Positions 27,892 through 36,513 of a stretch of DNA of 64,000 nucleotides are shown one piece after another. Position 1 is the stretch's first letter. Every line of letters starts with the position of its first letter. The translations under genes were made by a program, and so were the position numbers. Under the pieces are notes generated by a model. The model was not told the DNA's origin and ran no database searches. It was given only the letters and a program-made list of their open reading frames with translations. The DNA is from Candidatus Saccharimonadota bacterium. Its GTDB lineage: Bacteria; Patescibacteriota; Saccharimonadia; Saccharimonadales; Saccharimonadaceae. The stretch spans positions 9,158-73,157 of the forward strand of contig CAJPLU010000001.1 in the NCBI GenBank assembly GCA_905371595.1. The letters are read 5' to 3'.

Positions 27892-30675
27892 CTAATACCG
27901 CGGCGGCAGCTCGATTGTGGTGTCGGTTGAAATAGAACTGTTTGCGTTAGCTTTATTATAAGCCCACAAGTACGTATCCATCCGCGCGTTAATAATCTCC
28001 GCTGGCGTGGTATAACCATTCTCATTACCAGCCGAACCGTCAGCTCCGTGAGTACGGCGCAACTGCAAAACACGCGACGACACTACCCCATTAATCTGTA
28101 ACGGCTTGTCACAAACCGTCGATCTCAATCCGCTAGTATAATCAGATCGGATTAATGCTGATCGAACACCGCTCTCGTCAACTTCGCAAGTAGAAATTAC
28201 ACCACCCACGCCAGCATTAGTACCCGAAGCAATTAGCCAAGCGTCAATATTAGTCACGTTATCTTTAACAATGATATTGCGCGCATAAATTACAACCTGC
28301 GGCAATTGACTAGCGCTAGAGAAATTACCAGTATCATAACGTATGTCGCTGTCTACAACCACTGTCTTGTCGCTGGCATCAATGATAACCGACTTACCCA
28401 TCCCAATAGTGCCGCCCGACAAATTCACGATTGGACGCGCCGATAACAATTTGTACGAACCATCCAATCCGTTAAGTGAAATATTCTCGCCCGCCAACGG
28501 ACGCTGAGCGCCAAAATAACTAGATTTGACAGTATTTTGCGCGCCGATAGTTCCCCATTGCCCATATCTAGCCTTATTATTGGCAAATGTTAGACCATTT
28601 AACTCGCTATCTGCCGCTATGCCCAACCGCGATGTCGTACCCATGCCAGAAAGAGCACCTCCTGATGCCGACACAACATTTGACCGGCTATACGAGGAAA
28701 TTTCTGGCGCAAACATGCCATATTCACCCCAGCTGCCGATCGAATGAGTATTGCCACTCATAGTCAGCGTACGCGCGCCGCCAGTATAGATGCCCGACTT
28801 ATACTGTTGGTTGATTAAAGCATTCGCGATATTGCTCGACCCGACACGCACATCGCCACCCCAGATTTGTACCATTGGCCTCTTGGAAATACGGTAGCAA
28901 CGCGGATACGATACGCGGCGTTTTGAAGAATCTCCCGTTGTATCCCAGTTATACTTATTAACAGTAGCTACCCGGCAAATTACATCGCCAATCTTGTATC
29001 GTGCCGTATCAAGCGCCGATGTATCAATAACTTCAGTCCTGTCAAAAGCACTCTGCTTGTTATTTGTTGGCGTACAATCGCTAATTTTACCAGACAACTG
29101 GGGCTGAGAGTTGAGCCAAGAGCATGTATTCACGCCTGCGCCATAGGTCGTATCGGCATAATGCCTGTCTCCGTCATTCTTATTGAATATGCTATTTAAC
29201 ATACTGCCCAGTTGACCATCCGACATTTCCGCAGCCGATCCAGTGAAGGCAAACGTAAAGACATCGGCATCACTACTACCGCCAGCTTCGCGACGCCCGC
29301 CCGTATTGTATATGGTGCTATCTAGCGTTGTCGCATTACCTTGTTCTAGTACGCCAATAGCCGTTGACCCGCCCGCCGAACCAACTCCTGGCACCAAATT
29401 AAAGTCAGACGCCACCCTCGCGCAAGCGGGTTCACTTGAGGCCCAGTCCCTACGTACTACCGAATCAGGCCACGTCCACCATATCTGGGTGCATATATAA
29501 GATCCCGCCCTGCTACCATCGCTAGGTACGCGAATCTTCATACAATCGTCGCCGTCTCGACCACTCCAAGTATTTGTATTATTAGGACTTTGCACTAAGT
29601 TATTAAGCGCCGACCGGCATTTATTGTTATAAATATTACTGACCGCTCCGCGTGCAATGAGAACTCTATGTCCATTATTACTACCACCGCAATGGCGCCA
29701 ATCCTTACCGGCACAGCTAGCAACATCGTGCAGATTATTAAAATATGCTGATTCTATAACCACTTGTACACTAGATGTTGTATGCTGATAATTTGAATAT
29801 GGAGTATTCCGAAGAGTCGCTATAAATTCGGCTTGTTTTCCAGGAAAAACATCAGGCTTACCTTCTAGATGGCGTTCAGAGTACGGGCGAGAAGTACCAA
29901 AAGCGTTAGAATTATTATAATTCGCATAAGTCTTGTTGTCGGAACGATTATAGATATAGCTTTCGCCTTGGACTTTCCAGCCGCTAGGTCGCGGCTTACG
30001 GCGTACCCACAGCGAGATATTATCGGTACCGCAGTTAACATGAGAACCGCTATAAGTGTATACTTTATTACCTCTCATGACCGCCAAACAGCTTTTTGCA
30101 CCAAACGTAACCAGCTCTGACGGGCCGCCAGGTTGAGCGACACCGTTAACGTCAGCTCCTAGATTTAACTGATCCCATTCGCTTTCACCGTTTATCCACT
30201 GATATTCAGGACCGCCGCCGCCATAATAGCCCCTATTAAAGAAATAATTGCCGTTGCCGTCTATATGACCTGCTGGATTAGTTACCCAAACAGACCTGCC
30301 CTGCCCGTTGAAAGTGAAAAGAGAGTAAATTCTAATTGGATTACGAAATCGTTGGGTATTCCACGAGCCTCGTATGGTAAAGTATAGTGTTGTTGCATTC
30401 CAGTCCATCTCGATCGGGTTGGTCGGCGAAGACCCCACCATACTGAAATAGTTCGTATTATGATAAGACGCCCACCAGACAGCACATGGGTGATTAATGT
30501 AATCGCCGCACGGATCACCATTCCAAGCCTGCCGCTCCATATCGTTACGTCCAGAATTCCAACCATAAACCGCATACGATGTATCATTTCTTAGCAAGCA
30601 AACAATACCTGCAGCTGCCACAATAACAAAACAGCTAAGCCACCACTTCAAGCCACGCAGCAGCCCCTCGTGCAT
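27892..30675 (-). CDS. Large secreted Cys-rich hypothetical protein (adhesin-like)
   Basis: 927 aa with N-terminal signal/TM, many Cys pairs and G/N/S/T-rich beta-type composition; ends ELPPRY. Confidence 0.8.
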   Translation of the reverse strand: MHEGLLRGLKWWLSCFVIVAAAGIVCLLRNDTSYAVYGWNSGRNDMERQAWNGDPCGDYINHPCAVWWASYHNTNYFSMVGSSPTNPIEMDWNATTLYFTIRGSWNTQRFRNPIRIYSLFTFNGQGRSVWVTNPAGHIDGNGNYFFNRGYYGGGGPEYQWINGESEWDQLNLGADVNGVAQPGGPSELVTFGAKSCLAVMRGNKVYTYSGSHVNCGTDNISLWVRRKPRPSGWKVQGESYIYNRSDNKTYANYNNSNAFGTSRPYSERHLEGKPDVFPGKQAEFIATLRNTPYSNYQHTTSSVQVVIESAYFNNLHDVASCAGKDWRHCGGSNNGHRVLIARGAVSNIYNNKCRSALNNLVQSPNNTNTWSGRDGDDCMKIRVPSDGSRAGSYICTQIWWTWPDSVVRRDWASSEPACARVASDFNLVPGVGSAGGSTAIGVLEQGNATTLDSTIYNTGGRREAGGSSDADVFTFAFTGSAAEMSDGQLGSMLNSIFNKNDGDRHYADTTYGAGVNTCSWLNSQPQLSGKISDCTPTNNKQSAFDRTEVIDTSALDTARYKIGDVICRVATVNKYNWDTTGDSSKRRVSYPRCYRISKRPMVQIWGGDVRVGSSNIANALINQQYKSGIYTGGARTLTMSGNTHSIGSWGEYGMFAPEISSYSRSNVVSASGGALSGMGTTSRLGIAADSELNGLTFANNKARYGQWGTIGAQNTVKSSYFGAQRPLAGENISLNGLDGSYKLLSARPIVNLSGGTIGMGKSVIIDASDKTVVVDSDIRYDTGNFSSASQLPQVVIYARNIIVKDNVTNIDAWLIASGTNAGVGGVISTCEVDESGVRSALIRSDYTSGLRSTVCDKPLQINGVVSSRVLQLRRTHGADGSAGNENGYTTPAEIINARMDTYLWAYNKANANSSISTDTTIELPPRY

Positions 30676-31118
30676 TATTGCTTATTCTCCGGAACTGATT
30701 GCTTACTGCGCAGCAAATTTAACTGCTCAACATTAACTGGCACCTTCAGCCTGCCGCTAGCGTATATTCCTTTGTCTGACAGGTTTTTTATTTTGTTATA
30801 TAAATCGTCCGTCTTCTGGCTATGACCGTTCGCATCTGCGGTCGTATGATAAAAATACAAAGCAACAACACACGTGGCGTCATCAGTATAGTGATTCTTT
30901 TTTTCTATTTCGTCAGCAATCTTCTTTAGATTATCAGGGGAAGATATACTACCATTAAACTTATCAATGATATCATTTCCGCACACATTATAGTAAACCA
31001 GCGCGCGCTGTTCTGGCGTTTTTACGCCGCCGTAAAGATATCCCAGTGCTGCCGCAGCGACAACAGCTGCTATAACCGCCAGGCCGCCGCCTATAATAAA
31101 TCCCGTCTTCCTCTTCAT
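30675..31118 (-). CDS. Small membrane-anchored hypothetical protein
   Basis: N-terminal TM and two Cys; TAATG overlap couples it to the 927-aa gene. Confidence 0.75.
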   Translation of the reverse strand: MKRKTGFIIGGGLAVIAAVVAAAALGYLYGGVKTPEQRALVYYNVCGNDIIDKFNGSISSPDNLKKIADEIEKKNHYTDDATCVVALYFYHTTADANGHSQKTDDLYNKIKNLSDKGIYASGRLKVPVNVEQLNLLRSKQSVPENKQ

Positions 31119-31135
31119 AAATAAAAGTATACCAT

Positions 31136-32389
31136 TTATGCTTTGCTGCCGTCTAGAGCTGGCGGCGACTTTAACTCCGCAATCGGTAGCCGAAAGCCAA
31201 AAGTACTACCCTTGCCGAGCTCCGATTCGAAAATCATCGTACCGCCATGCCCTTCGACTACTTTCTTCGCCAAGAATAAGCCGATCCCCGTGCCGTCTGG
31301 CCGCTGCCGCCGAGCGTTGTCACCGCGAAAGAACTTAGTGCCGAGCTTTTTCTTGGCAGATGGCGATACGCCCATTCCCCTATCGATTACCCGCAAAACT
31401 GCCTGGCCATCTTCAATTGACAATCGGACCTTTACCGTATTAGCGTCTGGTGAATAATAAATAGCGTTATCAATGAAATTCATAATAACTTGGCGAATCT
31501 TGGTGTCGTCTAGATACAGCAGCGGAAAGCGCGCTGGCTGGCGATACGTGACCTTGACCTTATGCGTATTTGCCACCTGATCTACGTTCGCAACCTCTTC
31601 GGCAACCAGCTGCGACAAATTAACCGCTGTGCGATTGATAATAAATTTACCAGTCTGCAAACGGCTCACGTTCAAAAAATCACTAACCAATCGCACCATC
31701 CGCTCGCTGCTGCGAAAAGCCTCTTCTAGCAGCTGCCGCTGCGGCGGTGTAATCTCGCCAGCGTCGCCCTCGAGAACCATACTCAGGTAGCCTTTTACGC
31801 TGGTCAGCGGCGTCCGCAGCTGGTGGCTGGCCATACTGACAAACTCATCTTTAGTGGCATCCAGGGCCTGCAATCTTTTGTTGGACTGGCGCAGCTGACT
31901 GGTCGCCTCATCGACTTCCTTCTCTAAATTTCCAGCTAAGCGGCGAATCTCCTCTAGGCGAAACATGTTCAAAAGCGCCACCGATAGATTACGCGCCAAA
32001 ACATCAAACAGCTCAAATTCCTTACCGCGAATCTCGCAGCCATCACGCCGCTCGCCAATTACCAGGCAACCAATTTTCTGATCGGCAACGCATAGCGGTA
32101 AGATTACTGCAATACCATACCGAGCATAATCACCAATATCGCCAGAACCAAGCGTCTGCGAGTCCAACCATGCCGGCACATTACGCTTGCCAGCAATATA
32201 CGGCTGGTGATATTGATCGCAAAAAGCCACGCCAGCAAAACGTACTTGCAGTACATTAACAAAAGTTTCTAAATAGCTATTTAGCAATGTATCAATGTCT
32301 TTGGCATCAACCATTTTGCGCGTCAGAACGTCCACAACTTGTTGCGAACGATACGATGGACGGCGAACTCTACCAAAAAACCGCTTCAT
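31136..32389 (-). CDS. Sensor histidine kinase (GAF-like + HisKA + HATPase)
   Basis: H-box SHQLRTPL, N-box [25 protein letters not shown]. No TM segment. Confidence 0.93.
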   Translation of the reverse strand: MKRFFGRVRRPSYRSQQVVDVLTRKMVDAKDIDTLLNSYLETFVNVLQVRFAGVAFCDQYHQPYIAGKRNVPAWLDSQTLGSGDIGDYARYGIAVILPLCVADQKIGCLVIGERRDGCEIRGKEFELFDVLARNLSVALLNMFRLEEIRRLAGNLEKEVDEATSQLRQSNKRLQALDATKDEFVSMASHQLRTPLTSVKGYLSMVLEGDAGEITPPQRQLLEEAFRSSERMVRLVSDFLNVSRLQTGKFIINRTAVNLSQLVAEEVANVDQVANTHKVKVTYRQPARFPLLYLDDTKIRQVIMNFIDNAIYYSPDANTVKVRLSIEDGQAVLRVIDRGMGVSPSAKKKLGTKFFRGDNARRQRPDGTGIGLFLAKKVVEGHGGTMIFESELGKGSTFGFRLPIAELKSPPALDGSKA

Positions 32390-32467
32390 TGCCTTTATAG
32401 TACACTTTTCTCGACGATAACGCTAGAGCTTACTCGAAAAGTAACCGGGATATGCTATTATAAAAGC

Positions 32468-32842
32468 ATGACAACTATCGCTATTATCGAGGACGATCAA
32501 GTAATCAACCAAATGTACCGGATGAAGTTCGAGGCGGCTGGATTCGATGTGGTTACTGCCAGCGACGGCGAGACTGGCGTCAAAGTGGTTCAGCATGCTA
32601 ATCCTGACATTATTTTGCTTGATCTGCAAATGCCGAATATGAACGGCACCGAAGCGCTGCGAAAAATCCGCCAACAACCCGCTAATGCTAATACGCCAGT
32701 TATCATTCTAACCAACCTAGGCGAAGAAGAGGCACCTGCCGAGCTGCGTAACCTAGGTATTCATAGTTATATCGTCAAGGCTAATCTAACACCTAGCCAA
32801 GTTGTAATCCACGCCAAAGAAGCGCTGAACGATAAGCGATAG
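32468..32842 (+). CDS. Single-domain response regulator
   Basis: IEDD, LLDLQMPNMNG, ILTN, YIVK; no output domain. Start placed at ATG 32468. Confidence 0.93.
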   Translation: MTTIAIIEDDQVINQMYRMKFEAAGFDVVTASDGETGVKVVQHANPDIILLDLQMPNMNGTEALRKIRQQPANANTPVIILTNLGEEEAPAELRNLGIHSYIVKANLTPSQVVIHAKEALNDKR

Positions 32843-32847
32843 AATTA

Positions 32848-33663
32848 CTATAACTTACCAACTCGCCGCAAGCACGCCTCAATCAGATGATCAAATAATA
32901 CTGCGTATGTCAACGGACCGACACCGCCCTTTTGCGGTGTAATCGTAATATCGCTGCGCTGGCGAACTGCATCGTCAACATCGCCGACCAACACACCGCC
33001 TTCGCTCGCCGTACCAGCATCCACCACTACTGTTTCTGGCGCGATCATTTCGGAGGTGATCAAATGCGGCACGCCAGTCGCCGTTACAATTACGTTACAT
33101 TTTTGCAAGCTATCCGCGGTAGCTGGATTCGCTTTGTCGTATACCTGCACGTTTAGACCACGCTGCTGCCACATTTTTTCGAGCGGTGCTCCGACAAGCT
33201 TACCGCGGCCCACGATAGCAATTTGCTTATCTGATAGCTCGATATTATACCCAGCCAATAGCCAATCGATTGCCTGCGCAGTAGCGCTCGGATAGACACC
33301 ACTAATCCCTAAACCATCGACATCTTTCTCTGGCGCGATTAATTGGCACAGCTTTTCGGTCTGCGACACGTCATCAATCGGCAATTGCAAAATTATTCCC
33401 TGTACCGCTGGGTCGTTGTTAGCTTGATCAATCGCCGCTGCTATATCAGCTTGCGCGACTGCTTGTACGTCAACATCAATCAGAATATCTGCTGCGTAAC
33501 GTGTTTTCATCCGAACATACGTTTGAATCGCTTGGCTAGCGTTTTTGCTCATTATAATAACTAATTTTGGCGCCACACCATATTCTTGGCGTAGATTTCG
33601 TACTTGACGCGCTTGGCGCTGCTTAATAAAACCTTGCAGTTCCTTGCCGTTTAACTCTTTCAT
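32848..33663 (-). CDS. folD: Methylenetetrahydrofolate dehydrogenase/cyclohydrolase
   Basis: YVRMK, GIILQLP, KDVDG, VGRGKLVG, VDAG, GGVGPLT. Confidence 0.93.
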   Translation of the reverse strand: MKELNGKELQGFIKQRQARQVRNLRQEYGVAPKLVIIMSKNASQAIQTYVRMKTRYAADILIDVDVQAVAQADIAAAIDQANNDPAVQGIILQLPIDDVSQTEKLCQLIAPEKDVDGLGISGVYPSATAQAIDWLLAGYNIELSDKQIAIVGRGKLVGAPLEKMWQQRGLNVQVYDKANPATADSLQKCNVIVTATGVPHLITSEMIAPETVVVDAGTASEGGVLVGDVDDAVRQRSDITITPQKGGVGPLTYAVLFDHLIEACLRRVGKL

Positions 33664-35282
33664 GATATGCTGTCCTTTCTATCATCAATAAAAGCTGCCC
33701 ATTGCCGAATCTTGCGCAAGATAGTTTTGAGCGGTAATTCAATTAACATATCCAACACCATCGACACAATATTAACCTGCGCGTATTTATCACTCATCCA
33801 CCGGCCAGCGACTACAAACGGCAAATACAGCGTATCGCGTACAAAGGTAAAGCCGTTGCTAGCACTGCGCACAATCTCGAGATCACGAATCAACCGGCTC
33901 AAGCGAAAGCCTAGAAAGCTCGCCGCCGAGAAAAATACAAAGAAAATAATAATATGCACTGGTGAAAAACCAATCAACGTCAGCAGCCAAGTCGCCAGCG
34001 CGAACACCGCCAGACTCATTACGCCGTACATAATCGAAAACATCGAGCTATACGTCCGTCCCGCTAATTGCCGCCGCATCAGTACAGTATTATCGCCGCC
34101 GTAGAGCATCTGATCGACCCGTTTAATCAGCGCTTCGGTATTTGCGTATCCCGGCACATTCAGCGTTAAGCGCAGCAACACCATGTATATCGGCGGGAAG
34201 AACAAATTGATCATTAGCACCAACCACTCAATTTGTCCGTGCGCCCACAGGTCATACGGCACTTCAATAGCGATGCCAATCAAAAACTTAGTAATTACCA
34301 AGAAGACCACGCTGCGCATAATAGCCCGGTTAATTCGCGCCATCATGCTAGAATATTCACGGTTCACTTGCCGCTCAAATTCCTCGAGAAATGCCTCACG
34401 CTTTTGTAATAACGCCAGGAAGTCGTCTTGCGTCTCCATCATATGGCGAATAACACGCAGCGGCGCCCCCTGCCGATCAACCACGCGGCGCAACTCTTCG
34501 ACCGACGTGCTGCGCAGCATCTTATCAATTTTACGATTAAATTCAACAAAAGCCTCAAGCGATTCAACACTCGTTCCATAACGCACCAATAGCCCTGCGC
34601 GCACCGTGGCTATGTCGCTCTTCATCAGCGCCTGCTGAATAGCCACATAAAGCGCAGCTCCGTATTCATCAGCCGAGGTCGATTGCAGCGCATCCCGCGG
34701 AATTGCTGTCTCGAAATATTCATAGGCAAAATCAATAAACGCATGATCGCCAGCGTGATCAACCAATACATTCGCCGCCAATACCGACAGAGTTTCTAAC
34801 AGCCATGCCGAAGAACGATCCAAATTGATTGAACGATCAGCAATCAGCTTTTCATACGCTTTATAGTGCGCTGTTGCTAGTTTTGAAATCTCTTTGATTT
34901 GGCTGCGCGACACGCTATCGTTGGGCAAATATCCCGCAAAAGTCAATTCAACCACCAATTCTTCGCCGCTTTTGCGGACCAACGCCTCATCGCGAACAAT
35001 AAACGATTGTTTGAAAAACCGCCGGATAGCATTTTGTAGCAGCAAGTGCTCCTCGGTATTTTCAGCGGCGTTGCGCAGCTGCTCGTAAGCCGCCGTCAAC
35101 ATGCCGCCAGCACCAACGACATTAATTTTATCAGCCTGACTAAGTATTTGTTGCCGCTCATCAGACTGCCGCTGTGCACGTATAACACCTGCCCGCAAGT
35201 GGGCGCCAATTTGATTCAACTCTGGCATTATTCGTATATTATCGTCGATTTTCACAGAATTAGCAAGAGTAAGCGTCATCAT
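33660..35282 (-). CDS. Hypothetical multi-pass membrane protein
   Basis: About 540 aa: soluble helical N-terminal domain (AYEQLRNAAENTEEHLLLQNAIRR) and 4-5 C-terminal TMs. Exact start uncertain (35279-35294). Confidence 0.8.
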   Translation of the reverse strand: MMTLTLANSVKIDDNIRIMPELNQIGAHLRAGVIRAQRQSDERQQILSQADKINVVGAGGMLTAAYEQLRNAAENTEEHLLLQNAIRRFFKQSFIVRDEALVRKSGEELVVELTFAGYLPNDSVSRSQIKEISKLATAHYKAYEKLIADRSINLDRSSAWLLETLSVLAANVLVDHAGDHAFIDFAYEYFETAIPRDALQSTSADEYGAALYVAIQQALMKSDIATVRAGLLVRYGTSVESLEAFVEFNRKIDKMLRSTSVEELRRVVDRQGAPLRVIRHMMETQDDFLALLQKREAFLEEFERQVNREYSSMMARINRAIMRSVVFLVITKFLIGIAIEVPYDLWAHGQIEWLVLMINLFFPPIYMVLLRLTLNVPGYANTEALIKRVDQMLYGGDNTVLMRRQLAGRTYSSMFSIMYGVMSLAVFALATWLLTLIGFSPVHIIIFFVFFSAASFLGFRLSRLIRDLEIVRSASNGFTFVRDTLYLPFVVAGRWMSDKYAQVNIVSMVLDMLIELPLKTILRKIRQWAAFIDDRKDSIS

Positions 35283-35359
35283 TTGACTACCCAACAGACC
35301 GAAAATTCCTAGCGTTCATATTTACTTTTACCTCTATCTATGCTATAATGAAAAGATAA

Positions 35360-35436
35360 GGGCCAGTAGCTCAGCTGGTTAGAGCACCTGCCTCTTAAGC
35401 AGGGTGTCGAGGGTTCGAGCCCCTCCTGGCCCTCCA
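35360..35436 (+). tRNA. tRNA-Lys(CUU)
   Basis: GGGCCAG...CTGGCCC-T-CCA; anticodon arm CCTGC-CT-CTT-AA-GCAGG; TGCTATAAT promoter at 35341. Confidence 0.95.
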
Positions 35437-35450
35437 CGAAACTCCATGTA

Positions 35451-35477
35451 AAAAACTCATCATTGCGATGAGTTTTT
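35451..35477. terminator. Bidirectional terminator between convergent tRNA genes
   Basis: aaaaactcatc-attgc-gatgagttttt perfect inverted repeat. Confidence 0.8.
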
Positions 35478-35497
35478 ATTATCGGCTAGTTGAATAA

Positions 35498-35574
35498 TGG
35501 TACCCCGAGCAGGGTTCGAACCTGCGGCCTTGAGCTTAGAAGTCTCCTGCTCTATCCAGCTGAGCTATCGGGGC
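35498..35574 (-). tRNA. tRNA-Arg(UCU)
   Basis: GCCCCGA...TCGGGGT-A-CCA; loop CT-TCT-AA. The anticodon stem has two mismatches. Confidence 0.88.
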
Positions 35575-35675
35575 ACTCTGAAAATGTATTTAGTCGCCCG
35601 ATTCGCTTAGACAGAAGCTGGATAGAGCTATGCGATTTTTGTCGCTGAGGGCTCACCAGCTGAGCTATCGGGGCA
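35556..35675 (-). repeat. 20-bp direct repeat of the tRNA-Arg 5' end flanking an 80-bp insert with an inverted D-arm copy
   Basis: ccagctgagctatcggggca at 35556-35575 and 35656-35675; inverted agctggatagagc at 35616-35628. Confidence 0.9.
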
Positions 35676-35682
35676 AATACTT

Positions 35683-35757
35683 TGGTGCGGGTGCGGAGAA
35701 TCGAACTCCGATCTCGAGTTTGGAAAACTCGCATACTAACCGCTGTACTACACCCGC
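35683..35757 (-). tRNA. tRNA-Gly(UCC)
   Basis: GCGGGTG...CACCCGC-A-CCA; anticodon arm CGAGT-TT-TCC-AA-ACTCG. Confidence 0.95.
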
Positions 35758-35798
35758 GCACTATACATTATATCATTACGTTAGTGTATAATAAAAGC

Positions 35799-36218
35799 AT
35801 GGGACGTTTATTTGACCGCTTCTCAACTAATAGCACACAGAGCGATGCTATGCATTCAAGCGGATTAACCAATAACAAGCCACAGATTGGTGGCAGGATT
35901 GCCAAAAATAGCTTTCAACAGCGCCAAAGCACCAATACCAACCGGCAATATATCGGCGCCTACAAAGATTCTGGAGTTAGGAATGCTTATCGCAAAGCCT
36001 GGCAAGACCAGAAAATCGCCGCAGCCAGCACCAACGGAACGCAAGCGACTAATAGTAACCAGCCGCAAAGCTCGCGGGTCTCTGATGCAAACTCGCGAAG
36101 CGCAGGAACCACGCAAACAAATAAATCGTCGCTCATTACACCTACGACCGAACCAACTGTTCCGTCGCGTACTTTCACCGAGCCGATCAAGCCGTCGCGC
36201 GACCCGTTCAACCGATAG
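35799..36218 (+). CDS. Small low-complexity hypothetical protein
   Basis: ATG 6 nt after TATAAT (35787); 139 aa, S/T/Q/N-rich; followed by a terminator. Confidence 0.65.
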   Translation: MGRLFDRFSTNSTQSDAMHSSGLTNNKPQIGGRIAKNSFQQRQSTNTNRQYIGAYKDSGVRNAYRKAWQDQKIAAASTNGTQATNSNQPQSSRVSDANSRSAGTTQTNKSSLITPTTEPTVPSRTFTEPIKPSRDPFNR

Positions 36219-36237
36219 TATTTATGATTTAGAGTCA

Positions 36238-36280
36238 AATAAAACACCCGAGACTAATGAAGAAAACCGGGTGTTTTATT
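36238..36280. terminator. Bidirectional terminator-like hairpin
   Basis: aataaaacacccg ... cgggtgttttatt 13-bp inverted repeat between a convergent CDS and tRNA-His. Confidence 0.7.
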
Positions 36281-36358
36281 TGGGGCGAAAGATGGGATTC
36301 GAACCCACGGCCTCCGGAGCCACAATCCAGCGCTCTAACCAACTGAGCTACTTCCGCC
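36281..36358 (-). tRNA. tRNA-His(GUG)
   Basis: Encoded G-1 and C73; anticodon arm CTGGA-TT-GTG-GC-TCCGG; CCA end. Confidence 0.96.
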
Positions 36359-36458
36359 ATAATGAATACTACGAAATGTGCTAGCAGAATCTTGTCAGTT
36401 GGTTAGAGTGAGCGCTACTTTTGATGTTCACGGCTGTCCAACTGAGCTACTTCCGCCA
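36339..36458 (-). repeat. 21-bp direct repeat of the tRNA-His 5' end flanking a 78-bp insert with an inverted D-arm copy
   Basis: ccaactgagctacttccgcca at 36339-36359 and 36438-36458; inverted tcagttggttagag at 36395-36408. Confidence 0.9.
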
Positions 36459-36513
36459 CATTACCCCCTTCTCGGGGCATTTATTACTATACCAGACAGG
36501 CGCTTGATTGTCA

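Noticed and set aside
35591..35674. Upstream Arg copy as a second or intron-containing tRNA gene
   Set aside because: No anticodon arm, T-loop or CCA. A complete tRNA, including its own 5' end, follows, so removing an intron is not needed.
35556..36458. tRNA-flanking direct repeats as a CRISPR mini-array
   Set aside because: Only two copies each, the repeats are tRNA 5' ends, the ~80-bp spacers are too long, and no cas genes are present.
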